From NCBI RefSeq assembly GCF_056746865.1, contig NZ_CM163382.1: a DNA stretch of 64,000 nt; one strand, 5' to 3'. The notes beneath the pieces were generated by a model. That model worked only from the letters and a program-made list of their open reading frames with translations. It was not told where the DNA came from and did no database searches. How positions within the stretch are numbered: position 1 is the stretch's first letter; each line of letters starts with the position of its first letter. A program made the position numbers and the translations under genes. Of this stretch, positions 52,332 to 63,715 are shown piece after piece.

Positions 52332-55304
52332 TTACCAGTGCACTCCAATGGTGAGAAACGCGTTGTTGCGCTCTCCGTTACGTTGATTAATCGCCTTAAA
52401 GGTATGTTGATATTCGACGCCGAGACTGACTTTGTGCGGCCAGGCGTCGTAGTGCGTCTCGCCGGTCCAGATATTCCAGCGGACCCCGACACCGCCAAGC
52501 TGCGCGCCCTGAGTGCCTTTATCACGATAACCGTTGTCCTGAACGTGAGCGTAAGGCTCAATAGTCTGCCCGTTCGCCACCTTCTGATGCCAGCTGACGC
52601 GATAATCTGCCGTCCACGCCTGAATATCCTGACGGACATATTGCGCCGCATCGAGGTACAGGTTTTGGGCAAACCAGCCTGAACCGTTCGGGTGCCATTC
52701 GTCGCTGTATTTGCCGCCATTAAAGAATGAGGCGCTGGCGCGCAGCATGGTATCGGATGCGCCATTTTGCCCGTTCAGCGGCAACTGCTGTTCGACGGCG
52801 AGGAAAAAGATCTGATCGCGCAGCGGCTTCCAGCGCAGACCGGTGCCGGACATCGGATTTTTCACCGGCATCATCACCCCGTTTTCTCCGGTATCGGCAA
52901 AGACGCGGCTATAAACTGAGAGCAGGTCGCCTTCCAGCAGCATATTGCGTCCGATGCGGTACTCGGCTTCCAGTTGCCCATAGCTACGATAGCTTTTCCC
53001 TGGCGCTGCGCCGCCGACATTATTGTTAGCGGTACTCATTGCGCCGGAACGCAAGCCGATAGAAGAATCGAAACTGAACGTCCAGCGGCGACCGACCTCC
53101 TCATGCAGACGGCGGAAATTGAAGCGTTGCTGATTTTGCTCTGGGGTCAGTGGGGTTATCAGCGCCTGATTATCAATGTCATCAATCACCAGCCGGGCGT
53201 AGTGCTGCGTCGCAGGCATGTCATCCAGACGCTGGTTCACGTAGGCCAGTTGTCGGATAAGTGCCGGATCGTCCGGTAGCCCTTTATGCGCCTGTTCGAG
53301 CATTTCCCGCGACTGTGCGATATCACCGCTATCCCACAAGGCGTAACCAAGCGCTGCCTGGGTGTTGCTATTATTCGGTTCCAGTTCCAGCGCGGCGCGC
53401 AAATCACTCACCGCCGCCGGGACATTATGACGTTGGCGATAAATTGTCGCCCGCGCAACGTAAGCGTTGGCAGAAGGCGCAATATTGATTGAGCGCGTGA
53501 GATCGTTCAGTGCGAGTTCCGGCTGACCAGGAATGTAACGTTGCGCATGCAGCCACCAGTAGAGGGCATTGTTTCCCAGCCCACGTTGTTCTGCCTGCTG
53601 AAGCCAGCGATCGCGAGCCGCACCATTTCCTGCCGCCTGGGCGGTATTGGCAGCAGCAAGCAGATCCTCATTGCTCATGTCGTGAAGACTGATTTTCTGC
53701 CAGGCCGCCAGTGCGGTGGCGTAGTCCTCAACCTGATACGCCTGATAGGCTACCGCACGATGTTGCCAGGCGTTCGGTTGTCGTTGTTCGGCCTGAAGCC
53801 ATGCATACAACGCCACACCGGGTAGCGTGTCCCGATAACACTTTGCCAGACGGTTCCAGGCGGCAGCATCGTAGGAAGGCGACATATCGCCCAGCAAGCG
53901 AACTATTGCCGGGCAATTATCTGCAATACCCGGCAACTGACTTTGCCACTGACGTTGCTCCGCCAGCGGTAAGGGTTTCGATAAAATCGCCACCTTCGCC
54001 GGAGTTGCCAGGTAAGGATGACTTTCCAGCAGAGACGCCAGTCGCGCCATTAACGTCTGGCTGACACGCGCATCGCCCTGGAAAGGATAGCGTTGCAGCA
54101 ATAAATCGGCAGCTTCGCGTGACTGCTCGTTCTGCATCAGTTGCCAGGTCAGTTGATCCAGGCGGGTAAGATTTGCCGGTTCTTGCTGATACAGCAATCG
54201 TGCCAGACGCAGAGCTTCAGCCTTGTTACGGGTCGCCACGCTAACGGTATAACGCTCCTCAAGCATTTCATTGGCGGGGAGGGTGGCGAGCAGTTTTTGC
54301 GCTGCGTCGTACTGACCTTCTTTTAACAGCACCGGTAGCGTCGCGCCAACAACATACTGGCGGTTATCGGCAAACTGTACCGTATAATTCGCCAACGCCA
54401 GAACGGGGTTGGCGCTGTATTTAGATAACAGATAGAGCCAACTTTTCTCTTGTGCATCCGTGGTAAACAGCGGCTTATTTTCAATGAGATAACGCTGGAG
54501 GCGTGCTTTTTCGTCACGATAAGCCAGCGCGGTCGCGTAAGTAATATATGACTGCGGATCGGTGAAGATCCCCTGTGATTGCAGCGCCAGGATCCGATCG
54601 TCCAGCTGCCCGGCAAGAAGCACATCAAACCACTGGCGGCGTTCTGCCGCGCTTAATGTGTTCTGCTGGCGTGCTTCATTGTATAGCGTATCTGCCTGGG
54701 ACCATTGCTTCAGGTAGATTGCCCGTTGCAGCAGATCGGTTCGCAGCGTTTTTCCTTCCGGCGATGCAGCAAACGTCGCATCGTTCAGTTGCGCTCTGGC
54801 GACAGGTAATTGTGCCAGCCGCAGGGCATTCTGCCCAACTTCACTGCGACAACGCAGGGTCGGCGCAGCATCGCACGCTTTTTGCTGGGCAAGCAGTTCT
54901 TCAACAGTCGTAACGCTTTTCACTTCAACTGGAATAGCCGCCAGACTGCGCTCAAGTCGGGCATCTCCTGGGTGACGTTTCAGTTGATCCTCAAGCAACA
55001 GCCGCGCCCGGTCATCATGACCAAAATGGCGATAGGCTTCCGCAAGGTATAAAGTTAGCGGAATATTATCCGGCACCTGCTGGTGTATATATTCAAATTC
55101 GCGGATGGCGGTTGCTTCGTCGTTATTTTTCTGTGCCTTCAGCGCCTTGTCGAGACGGGGATAAATAACAAAATGGCGATAATCGCTCAGCCCCAGCTCT
55201 TCTGCGCTGGTGCCGATATTGTCTGCGAGTGCGCTGGTACTCAATAAAGACGTCAGCAGTAAACCAGACCATCCGATGACGCGATTAAGGTTATTCTCCT
55301 TCAT
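52332..55304 (-). CDS. nfrA: phage N4 adsorption outer-membrane protein A (TPR-rich)
   Basis: Start at MKENNLNRVIGWSGLLLTSLLS; about 990 aa; recognised as NfrA. Confidence 0.9.
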   Translation of the reverse strand: MKENNLNRVIGWSGLLLTSLLSTSALADNIGTSAEELGLSDYRHFVIYPRLDKALKAQKNNDEATAIREFEYIHQQVPDNIPLTLYLAEAYRHFGHDDRARLLLEDQLKRHPGDARLERSLAAIPVEVKSVTTVEELLAQQKACDAAPTLRCRSEVGQNALRLAQLPVARAQLNDATFAASPEGKTLRTDLLQRAIYLKQWSQADTLYNEARQQNTLSAAERRQWFDVLLAGQLDDRILALQSQGIFTDPQSYITYATALAYRDEKARLQRYLIENKPLFTTDAQEKSWLYLLSKYSANPVLALANYTVQFADNRQYVVGATLPVLLKEGQYDAAQKLLATLPANEMLEERYTVSVATRNKAEALRLARLLYQQEPANLTRLDQLTWQLMQNEQSREAADLLLQRYPFQGDARVSQTLMARLASLLESHPYLATPAKVAILSKPLPLAEQRQWQSQLPGIADNCPAIVRLLGDMSPSYDAAAWNRLAKCYRDTLPGVALYAWLQAEQRQPNAWQHRAVAYQAYQVEDYATALAAWQKISLHDMSNEDLLAAANTAQAAGNGAARDRWLQQAEQRGLGNNALYWWLHAQRYIPGQPELALNDLTRSINIAPSANAYVARATIYRQRHNVPAAVSDLRAALELEPNNSNTQAALGYALWDSGDIAQSREMLEQAHKGLPDDPALIRQLAYVNQRLDDMPATQHYARLVIDDIDNQALITPLTPEQNQQRFNFRRLHEEVGRRWTFSFDSSIGLRSGAMSTANNNVGGAAPGKSYRSYGQLEAEYRIGRNMLLEGDLLSVYSRVFADTGENGVMMPVKNPMSGTGLRWKPLRDQIFFLAVEQQLPLNGQNGASDTMLRASASFFNGGKYSDEWHPNGSGWFAQNLYLDAAQYVRQDIQAWTADYRVSWHQKVANGQTIEPYAHVQDNGYRDKGTQGAQLGGVGVRWNIWTGETHYDAWPHKVSLGVEYQHTFKAINQRNGERNNAFLTIGVHW

Positions 55305-57528
55305 TTTCGGACTCCAGTTGCGCAACCTGTTCTGTGTTTAAACCTGCTTTGAGTAATAGTGATTGCATCGAAACTTGTAATTCGCGTTGAATTGTCAGGA
55401 CGCGATCCAACGTTTCCTGGCTGATAACGCCTTCGGTGACCAAAAACTTGCCGAGCGGCAGAGAACTGCGTTCATGGCGCAATAACAACACGTTAATTGC
55501 TGAACGATTAATATGACCGAGCGTGGTCAGTATTTCGGCGAACAGGAACTGATGCGGCACATATTGCCGCCAGATTTCACCGGCCTGCTGTTCCGTGAGC
55601 CACTGATGCTGAACCGCATTGTACAACATTGCCCGCGGATCGTGACCGCGTCGGCGCGCATACCAGTGGCGTAACCCCGTGACAATTTGTCCCCGCAGAA
55701 CAATGACGTAACGCACTTTGCGTCCGACTTTACGCGTCAGGGCCGCCAGCGAAACCGGGTCAATACCATCTTCACTGCCGACAATTAACTCATCATTTTC
55801 CAGACGCAGCGGCAGCACTGCATAATGCAGCGCCACGGAGGCCGGCATTTCGGCAATCAGTGATGAAGGGATCTGCCAGGCGTCGATCGACTCCCACGCC
55901 ACGCCGTTTTGCTCTGCCAGCGCCTGTGCCAGCTGTTCGGCGCTAATCAGCCCCTGCATCAGCATTGAACCGCCCAGGCGTAGACCTTCGACGCGATTAC
56001 GCAGTGCTGTATCGAGTTGTTCTTCAGTGATGACCTGATTTTCCAGCAGGATTTGACCTAACGGACGCAACGAGCGGGTATCGCCAGTCACGCTGGGGAA
56101 GTCATGCGTTGTTTTATCCCACGCGACACGACGTGGATCGCCGTGTTGAAGTACCTGTTTTAACGCGCGCCAGTTGGCCATGAAGTTAATCAGGTTGCCC
56201 CAGAAAAGACGCAGGACAGATAGCAGCCCCTGCGTCAGGCCGTAGTAGCCAGTAACGAAAATCACCCGCTGCACGATGCGGTTAATCATCAAGCCAAAGT
56301 TTAGCCACAGCAGAGTCATTAACCATGCGCTGCCGCTGAAAATAGAAAGGAAATGCCAGGCATCGGGCCACAAACTTTCATACGCCAGCAACAGCAAAAG
56401 CTGGATCATCACCAGCATCGCGAGGAAGCTGACAAAGTTACTGATTGCCCCTTTGCGGTCGCGCCAGAGAAAGTAGTTCAGCGTCAGACTGGAGGTCCAT
56501 TTGTGGGTTTTAAAGCCCTGGAAAACAATGCCGATGATCCAGCGAGATTTTTGTCGAACCGCAGTCGAAAAGGTATCGGGGAAATATTCGCGCACGCAGA
56601 TCATGTTTGACGTCCGCGCGTGCTGTAAAAATTTACGCTGCTCGCGTTCTTTGGCTTCGTCCACCACCGGAAAACGGACAAAAATTTCCGTCATACCTTT
56701 TTCTTTCAGGCGGAAACCAATGTCGTAATCTTCAGTAAGACTCTGCACGTCGAAAGCAATACCATCACCGTCAGCTAACAGTGCGGTCACGGCGCGGCGG
56801 CTGAAACAAGTACCGACGCCTGCGCTGGGCACCTGTCCGGCGAGGGCTTCACGCACCGGAACATCTATGCCATGCAGTTCTGAAAACTCATCAATGTAAG
56901 TCATGCTGGTGAAGTGCGTCCATTCGCGTTCGAATGGGTATACCGGGATCTGAATCAGATCTTTACGCTCGACCAGATAGTTGAACAGACGCAATTCCAT
57001 CGGTGAAATTACGTCTTCGGCGTCATGCAGAATAAAACCAGCAAAAGCGAAATTGGCGCTACGCTCAAACTGGGTGATGGCGTCCAGCACGTTGTTCAGG
57101 CAGTCGGCTTTGCTGGTGGGGCCAGGACGCGCGCAGACTACCTTATGCACGTTTGGGAAGCGAGCGCACACTTCGTCAACATCACGCTGAGTATCGGGGT
57201 CGTTGGGGTAGGTGCCAACAAAGATATGATAGTTTTCATAGTCGAGCGTGGTCGCCGCCAGCTCGGCCATATTGCCGATGACGCCCGTTTCATTCCACGC
57301 CGGAACCATAATCGCTAACGGTTTTTCATCTGGTTTATACAGTTCGCGGTAACTCATTCGCGGGTAGCGGCGATAAACACTCAACTTGCGTTTAATGCGG
57401 CGTACCCAGTAGACGACATCAATAAAAAAATCGTCCAGCCCGCTGATGAACATGATGACCGCTAACGTTATCGCGATTACTTTTAAGCCGTAGAGCCAGG
57501 TAGCAAAAACATCAAGAAGCCAGTCCAC
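55291..57528 (-). CDS. nfrB: phage N4 adsorption inner-membrane glycosyltransferase-like protein B
   Basis: 745-aa product recognised as NfrB. Confidence 0.9.
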   Translation of the reverse strand: MDWLLDVFATWLYGLKVIAITLAVIMFISGLDDFFIDVVYWVRRIKRKLSVYRRYPRMSYRELYKPDEKPLAIMVPAWNETGVIGNMAELAATTLDYENYHIFVGTYPNDPDTQRDVDEVCARFPNVHKVVCARPGPTSKADCLNNVLDAITQFERSANFAFAGFILHDAEDVISPMELRLFNYLVERKDLIQIPVYPFEREWTHFTSMTYIDEFSELHGIDVPVREALAGQVPSAGVGTCFSRRAVTALLADGDGIAFDVQSLTEDYDIGFRLKEKGMTEIFVRFPVVDEAKEREQRKFLQHARTSNMICVREYFPDTFSTAVRQKSRWIIGIVFQGFKTHKWTSSLTLNYFLWRDRKGAISNFVSFLAMLVMIQLLLLLAYESLWPDAWHFLSIFSGSAWLMTLLWLNFGLMINRIVQRVIFVTGYYGLTQGLLSVLRLFWGNLINFMANWRALKQVLQHGDPRRVAWDKTTHDFPSVTGDTRSLRPLGQILLENQVITEEQLDTALRNRVEGLRLGGSMLMQGLISAEQLAQALAEQNGVAWESIDAWQIPSSLIAEMPASVALHYAVLPLRLENDELIVGSEDGIDPVSLAALTRKVGRKVRYVIVLRGQIVTGLRHWYARRRGHDPRAMLYNAVQHQWLTEQQAGEIWRQYVPHQFLFAEILTTLGHINRSAINVLLLRHERSSLPLGKFLVTEGVISQETLDRVLTIQRELQVSMQSLLLKAGLNTEQVAQLESENEGE

Positions 57529-57864
57529 ACAAAAACCTTACATTAACGCTGGTTATGTTTAGGGTGGCGTATATTAAGGTTTTTTATGAATTGTGACAGC
57601 TTTTTACCATTAATAGGTATGACTATTGCGGCACGTTATTTTTACACTGGTTATAAAAGTTGCCGTTTGCGTAGAATGTAGACAAAAGCGTGGTGTCAAG
57701 GAGGGGCGGTAAACGTCATAGTGAAGAGGAGTGGTGGCACCGATCAGGTCATCATGTAGTGTAAGCGTCTGGAGGAGGTGAGCAGGGGAGATCATTTTCC
57801 CCGTGCTGAACAAAAAGACGGCGTTGCTGTGGGTACAGGAAGGCTAACTTCATTTCTCTTTAGA

Positions 57865-58401
57865 TTATTTAAGTTTAATATTCAACCAGGAAATAAAGAA
57901 CGTTAAAATAACAAAGGAAAAAACAATCAAAGAGACATTCCTGAAAAATACGTGCTCATAAAAAAGATAAAAAACGTACAAAATTGGGCACGCAACTTTC
58001 AGGACGTTTATATGTTTAGAATTCTCTTTATCTTTAAAGTTAAAATTACATAAAAATATAAAGAAATATGAAAGCATGGCTGAAAACATCATTGATAAGG
58101 CGCGATATGGCAGTCCTGAATTAAAGGTTTCGACTCCTAATAATATTGTCGATAGCGTTGCAATTATAATTGCCACTTTTTTACTAGAGGTGAAAGTAAC
58201 GACAAAAAATATCAATGATATAAATAAGAAAGAAAAAAATATGTAAATATTTGTTGATATATGTACTTTATGAGGAACTGTAAAATAGGTATAACTGATT
58301 GTAATTATGATGGTAATTATTCTGTATAGCATGCATGCTAACAGGCCAATCAGTAGTTTGTTCGCAAATTTATAAGGGGATTCGCTATTGGTTGATTGCA
58401 T
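57865..58401 (-). CDS. hypothetical polytopic membrane protein (AT-rich islet)
   Basis: 178-aa very hydrophobic ORF in low-GC DNA. Confidence 0.5.
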   Translation of the reverse strand: MQSTNSESPYKFANKLLIGLLACMLYRIITIIITISYTYFTVPHKVHISTNIYIFFSFLFISLIFFVVTFTSSKKVAIIIATLSTILLGVETFNSGLPYRALSMMFSAMLSYFFIFLCNFNFKDKENSKHINVLKVACPILYVFYLFYEHVFFRNVSLIVFSFVILTFFISWLNIKLK

Positions 58402-58465
58402 GGTTATTATGCTCTTGAATTGTGTATTTTATTGGAATGTTTCTTGGTTAACTAAAACAATGCAT

Positions 58466-58894
58466 TTAATAGGTGGTGGTGTAAATATCAATGTCATACT
58501 CATTATCACAGACTACTATTACTCTACGAGTTATGTCAAAAAATAACGTTAAATCATAGGTTCCCTGTTCTCTGAAAATACTCTGCGCAAATGACGTGAA
58601 ATTATTCCCATTTATAACTATTTTTACTTTACCTTCATAGATAAGCCAGCAACGAAAACATTCAGCTGTACCAGATAATGTCACTATCTGACTGATTAGA
58701 AGATTTATATTTACCGGATGAGGTAAAAAAAGTCTGTCGTTGAGGCAATCAATATTATGTGTTTGATGAAACTCTTTTCTCATTAATGAAGAGTTATCAT
58801 ATAGCAGGGTTATACTAAACGAGTCAATTCCGTCAAGCTTTTGCATAAATTTGTTTGCTTTATAAATAAGCAACTTTGCTTGTGTTTTTGTCAT
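58466..58894 (-). CDS. hypothetical protein, possible orphan immunity protein
   Basis: 142-aa ORF in AT-rich array next to H-repeat/Rhs remnants. Confidence 0.4.
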   Translation of the reverse strand: MTKTQAKLLIYKANKFMQKLDGIDSFSITLLYDNSSLMRKEFHQTHNIDCLNDRLFLPHPVNINLLISQIVTLSGTAECFRCWLIYEGKVKIVINGNNFTSFAQSIFREQGTYDLTLFFDITRRVIVVCDNEYDIDIYTTTY

Positions 58895-58921
58895 GATGGT
58901 GATCTTTTATGCAAGGGGGAA

Positions 58922-59368
58922 TTATTGGAATTCAAATGTTTTATATTCCTCTGTAATCATCTTTAAACTTAACATAGCCATGTCTCGGGTATCTTCATCA
59001 TCAGATTGTAGAGAAATATTTAATCCTTTAATTAAGGTGTTATCGGGAAAAGCCATTGCCAATAATGTACACCAACATCGGACACTTTTTATTGTCAGAG
59101 GATTTTCCAGTATGTTGGCGATATTTGAAGCTATAATGTTTTTATCACACTTGTACAAAAAATCTTCGACCAACTGATATACACCGAAGCCATCACCTTC
59201 CCCAAACGATTGTAAAAATAACGGTATGGCTTCTTCAGCAGGATTTGCAGAAAAATAAAGCCTTACATTGTTATATTTATTGATAAGTTCCTGAGTGATG
59301 TCATAATCATTTGGCATAGGTTGGTTTAGAGCAAGGAATGCTAATGCTTCTTTTTTAGTCATATTCAT
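58922..59368 (-). CDS. hypothetical protein, possible orphan immunity protein
   Basis: 148-aa ORF in AT-rich array next to H-repeat/Rhs remnants. Confidence 0.4.
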   Translation of the reverse strand: MNMTKKEALAFLALNQPMPNDYDITQELINKYNNVRLYFSANPAEEAIPLFLQSFGEGDGFGVYQLVEDFLYKCDKNIIASNIANILENPLTIKSVRCWCTLLAMAFPDNTLIKGLNISLQSDDEDTRDMAMLSLKMITEEYKTFEFQ

Positions 59369-60179
59369 AATGGTTAATATTGCTTGCTGGAAGAATTAAG
59401 GTAAAAATGGTTCATAGACAGAATTAAATAGGAAGTCTTGTTTCCAGATAACTTTATCATGAAAAAGAGATTTGGCTTGATGCGTATAAAGATTATGAGG
59501 ATAAATAGTTTCTCCACCATAAATGATGTTCTTTCCCGTTACACCGGAGAATTCATTGGCTATAATCTGTCGTTTAAGCCAGTGAATGACTTTACATAAG
59601 CATATTAATTTATCCTTAGAATCAGTTGTGTTAATTTCAGTAAGTTGTAAAATCTTTTCCCCATTATACTCAACTAAATGCCCCGGCTTTATTTCAATTC
59701 AACCACAATAACGATCAATGCTACTAAACTTTATTCTTCTATTGTTAGGTTTAATGCTGGGCATAAGATAAATTCGATGTGCTACGGCAGGGATCTTTTC
59801 TGTTAAGACATTTAATTGCTTAGAGTATTCATCTTGTAGTGTAAACCAAATTGAATGTAATTTGTATTTTGAGGCTACAATCGCGAGCCAATTAGACAGT
59901 TCCTCGTTCGTGCAAAAAACATTTATCCTGGCAGTTGCCATTCGTAATCCTTTTTATATAAGATTGTGTGAATGTCACCGAAACAACTTGATATGAATAA
60001 AATAGCTAAAGCGAAATGGATGACGTGTTACTAAAAAACCATTCTGAAAAGGAAGCCTGAATAAACGCGATGACGAAACTTCCACTCTCCATGTTTCATC
60101 AGAAAAATAACTAAATTCGATGTGGTTTTCATATAATCTCATTTCACGTAAGGTTCCGCTACCATAAGGGACCGCAATC

Positions 60180-61470
60180 AGGGAAAGATTACGAAAGCCC
60201 GCTCCCAGCAAGGACTGACGCCAGATAGTTTCTGTCCATGGCTGCTTTTCGCATCTTACGTCTTAACCCTGCCTTGAATACCTTATCATTCGTCAAAATA
60301 TTAATAGCGATGTGCCGTATCCCTGAAAATAATTCTGCGGCGTTTCCTCTTCTTATTTTGCAGTCGTCTTCATTCATTACCACGTCCAGACGCCAGTGCA
60401 GCTTATTCTCCACGTGCCAGCGGTTTCGGATTGCTGTGGCGAACTTCTCTGCGGTTAAATCAGCAGAACTGATATAATATCTGACCGTCATTTCTGGCTC
60501 TTTCTTTTGTTCTGCTATTATTGACCGAAAGGAGACTGCCACGCATAATTTCTTCAGACCTTTCCATTCAAACGTGAAATCAATAAGTTCATCAGGGACA
60601 TCGCAAACAATGTGAAGACGGATTTCTTCTCTGCCGTGACTCTTTTCACTAATTGCGTAACTGTCATGCTCTGGATTATTTAATTCTTTCAGTGGGAATT
60701 TTTCCTCAAAGGCTTTATTAAGCCGCCCCTGATTTCCTTTTACAGCGAATAAATAATCACCGCCCTGTTTTTGTATCTTCTCTGCAATATCTTTCTGGCA
60801 ACCCATCGCATCAGTTGTGATGATTTTTCCTTTAATATCCAGCATGTTAAGAAGTTCAGGGATAGCTGTAATCTCATTTGATTTCTCATCCGTCCTGATC
60901 TGTCCGATGACCAGACTGTGCATTGTTGAGAACGCACTAATGACATGAATCGCTCCCTTGCGGCGACTCTTGTCATAAGAATGCCGGAGTGTTTTTCCAT
61001 CAATTGCGATGACGTCTTTATCATCTGAAGAATGGCAGTCACGCATCCAGTTAATAAAGCACTCGTGAAATTTTGCAGGACTGATACAGGATACAACTCT
61101 GGCAATAGTATCGTGAACAGGAATACCATTATCAAAATCACCATATTGCTTCAAAAAATCGAGATGTGTTTCCCCAAAATCCTCTATATCTTCCCAGCCT
61201 TCTGCACCCGAAATAACGGCACAAATAGTCAACAGTAGAATATCCGATAATTTATGTTCCACTTTCCAGGCTTGTCTGTAATCGGGGATAATAGAAATAT
61301 GTTCCATCAATTTTTTAAGTTCCATTTTGTTCTCCTTAATTATGTAAGGAGTATTTGATCATGTATAAGCAATAAAAAACAGCTTCAGGTAATGAGGAAT
61401 ATCTCAATTTGTAAACATAAAATGCGAATTATTTAGTACAAAAAGTGTACTTCTGATGATCTTTCCCTGG
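60180..61470 (-). mobile_element. H-repeat (Rhs-associated ISAs1-family) element, copy 1
   Basis: About 1.29 kb repeated at 62331-63620 with high identity; contains intact 378-aa transposase ORF. Confidence 0.8.
60189..61325 (-). CDS. H-repeat-associated ISAs1-family transposase
   Basis: 378-aa product recognised as YhhI/YdcC/YbfD-type H-rpt protein. Confidence 0.85.
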   Translation of the reverse strand: MELKKLMEHISIIPDYRQAWKVEHKLSDILLLTICAVISGAEGWEDIEDFGETHLDFLKQYGDFDNGIPVHDTIARVVSCISPAKFHECFINWMRDCHSSDDKDVIAIDGKTLRHSYDKSRRKGAIHVISAFSTMHSLVIGQIRTDEKSNEITAIPELLNMLDIKGKIITTDAMGCQKDIAEKIQKQGGDYLFAVKGNQGRLNKAFEEKFPLKELNNPEHDSYAISEKSHGREEIRLHIVCDVPDELIDFTFEWKGLKKLCVAVSFRSIIAEQKKEPEMTVRYYISSADLTAEKFATAIRNRWHVENKLHWRLDVVMNEDDCKIRRGNAAELFSGIRHIAINILTNDKVFKAGLRRKMRKAAMDRNYLASVLAGSGLS

Positions 61471-61673
61471 GAGGTGATACTGACCGTCTGCCCGAATTCG
61501 TCATAGAGGAAAAACGTCGCGCCGCCCTCCGGGTCAATTTCACACACCGGAAGCCGGTCTTCACTGAAGCGGATAATGGTGGTATGCCCCAGCGAATCAG
61601 TCATCTCCAGCTCATGGCAGAAATCATTCCATACAAAGTGGTAGTCGTAGTACCCGCCGTCGCCCAACAGCAA
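61404..61673 (-). pseudogene. Rhs repeat fragment
   Basis: 89-aa ORF with YD-repeat-like segments (FFLYDEFGQTVSI; IIRFSEDRLPVCEIDPEGG). Confidence 0.45.
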
Positions 61674-61690
61674 TCAATCATCGAATCAAA

Positions 61691-62152
61691 TTAACTTGAC
61701 AAGGTTTTTATTTTTTCGTGTTCGAAAAATAAATGTAGCATAGCGTCATTAATATTACCGCCTATAATACAAAAATAGTTATCAAAACCACCATAAAGAG
61801 CACCATCATCTGAAATAAAATATGTCATATGCTCAGAAAAACCAACACCAACAGGACATAAACGCTTATTGACCAATGGTTCATAGACTTCAGTTATCCA
61901 TTTAGAGTCTATCCAACCAGCAGCTTTTATTGGATCAAAATCGGATTTATCATACTCATTAGGATCTGAATAAGATTCATGCCGTACTATCAACCCTCCA
62001 AACTCTGATAAAAAATCACAAATAATTTCATTAACAAAATATTTCTTAATGGATAAACACTTTATATATTTATCTATGTTTTCTTTTCTGCCATAGTGCC
62101 ATCCATTTTGCAACAGGACACTCATCACTTGTTTATTCGTTATATGATTCAT
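61691..62152 (-). CDS. hypothetical protein, possible SUKH/Smi1-like immunity protein
   Basis: 153-aa AT-rich ORF between H-rpt copies next to an Rhs fragment; family assignment tentative. Confidence 0.4.
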   Translation of the reverse strand: MNHITNKQVMSVLLQNGWHYGRKENIDKYIKCLSIKKYFVNEIICDFLSEFGGLIVRHESYSDPNEYDKSDFDPIKAAGWIDSKWITEVYEPLVNKRLCPVGVGFSEHMTYFISDDGALYGGFDNYFCIIGGNINDAMLHLFFEHEKIKTLSS

Positions 62153-62339
62153 AATTACCCCGTTAATACATTAATTCCTAAATATTTGAAAATTTCCTGA
62201 CAGTTTCTACAGTTCGGAAAAGCACTTCCATCACCAGTATGAACTGTAGCCATTTCCAAATCATGCAACGATGAATTATCTTTGAGAGCTTTATTCACCG
62301 CATCTATTTCAGCACAATTATTAACAGCCCAAGGCAAGA

Positions 62340-63476
62340 TTACGAAAGCCCGCACCCCGCAAGGACTGCCGCCAGGTAGTTTCTGTCCATGGCTGCTTTT
62401 CGCATCTTACGTCTTAACCCTGCCTTGAATACCTTATCATTCGTTAAAATATTAATAGCGATGTGCCGTATCCCTGAAAATAATTCTGCGGCGTTTCCTC
62501 TTCTTATTTTGCAGTCGTCTTCATTCATTACCACGTCCAGACGCCAGTGCAGCTTATTCTCCACGTGCCAGTGGTTTCGGATTGCTGTGGCGAACTTCTC
62601 TGCGGTTAAATCAGCAGAACTGATATAATATCTGACCGTCATTTCTGGCTCTTTCTTTTGTTCTGCTATTATTGACCGAAAGGAGACTGCCACGCATAAT
62701 TTCTTCAGACCTTTCCATTCAAACGTGAAATCAATAAGTTCATCAGGGACATCGCAAACAATGTGAAGACGGATTTCTTCTCTGCCGTGACTCTTTTCAC
62801 TCATTGCGTAACTGTTATGCTCTGGATTATTTAATTCTTTCAGTGGGAATTTTTCCTCGAAGGCTTTATTTAGCCGCCCCTGGTTTCTTTTTACAGCGAA
62901 TAAATAATCACCGCCCTGTTTTTGTATCTTCTCTGCAATATCTTTCTGGCAACCCATCGTATCAGTTGTGATGATTTTTCCTTTAATATCCAGCATGTTA
63001 AGAAGTTATGGGATAGCTGTAATCTCATTAGATTTCTCATCCGTCTTGATCTGTCCGATGACCAGACTGTGCATTGTTGAGAACGCACTAATGACATGAA
63101 TCGCTCCCCTGCGGCGACTCTTGTCATAATAGTGCCGGAGCGTTTTTCCATCAATTGCGATGACGTCTTTATCATCTGAAGTATGGCAATCTCGCATCCA
63201 GTTAATAAAGCACTCGTGAAATTTTGCAGGACTGATACAGGATACAACTCTGGCAATGGTATCGTGGACAGGCATACCATTTTCAAAATCACCATATTGC
63301 TTCAAAAAATCGATATGTGTTTCACCAAAATCCTCTATATCTTCCCAACCTTCTGCACCCGAAATAACGGCACAAATAGTCAACAGTAGAATATCCGATA
63401 ATTTATGTTCCACTTTCCAGGCTTGTCTGTAATCGGGGGTAATAGAAATATGTTCCATCAATTTTTTAAGTTCCAT
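62340..63476 (-). pseudogene. H-repeat transposase, copy 2, interrupted by an in-frame stop
   Basis: Two ORFs (63006-63476 and 62340-62996) together colinear with the intact copy; stop where copy 1 reads ELLN. Confidence 0.8.
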
Positions 63477-63715
63477 TTTTTTCTCCTTAATTATGTAAGG
63501 AGTATTTGATCATGTATAAGCAATAAAAAACAGCTTCAGGTAATGAGGAATATCTCAATTTTTAAACATAAAATGCGAATTATTTAGTACAAAAAAGCAG
63601 CGTTACGTGATCTTTCCCTGACAGCAAACTGAATACAGAAACATATTGGTTGGAAATGCTATTTGACAGCAGATCCCGGTGGGCCTGCCACCATCTCTTC
63701 ACAAGCTTATGCTTA

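Noticed and set aside
57610-57813. 67-aa ORF upstream of nfrB
   Set aside because: No RBS; lies in the nfrB promoter region.
62155-62355. 66-aa ORF with HDLE...PNCRNC resembling a deaminase zinc motif
   Set aside because: Spacing and context do not fit an H-x-E/PC-x-x-C deaminase fold; too short to call.
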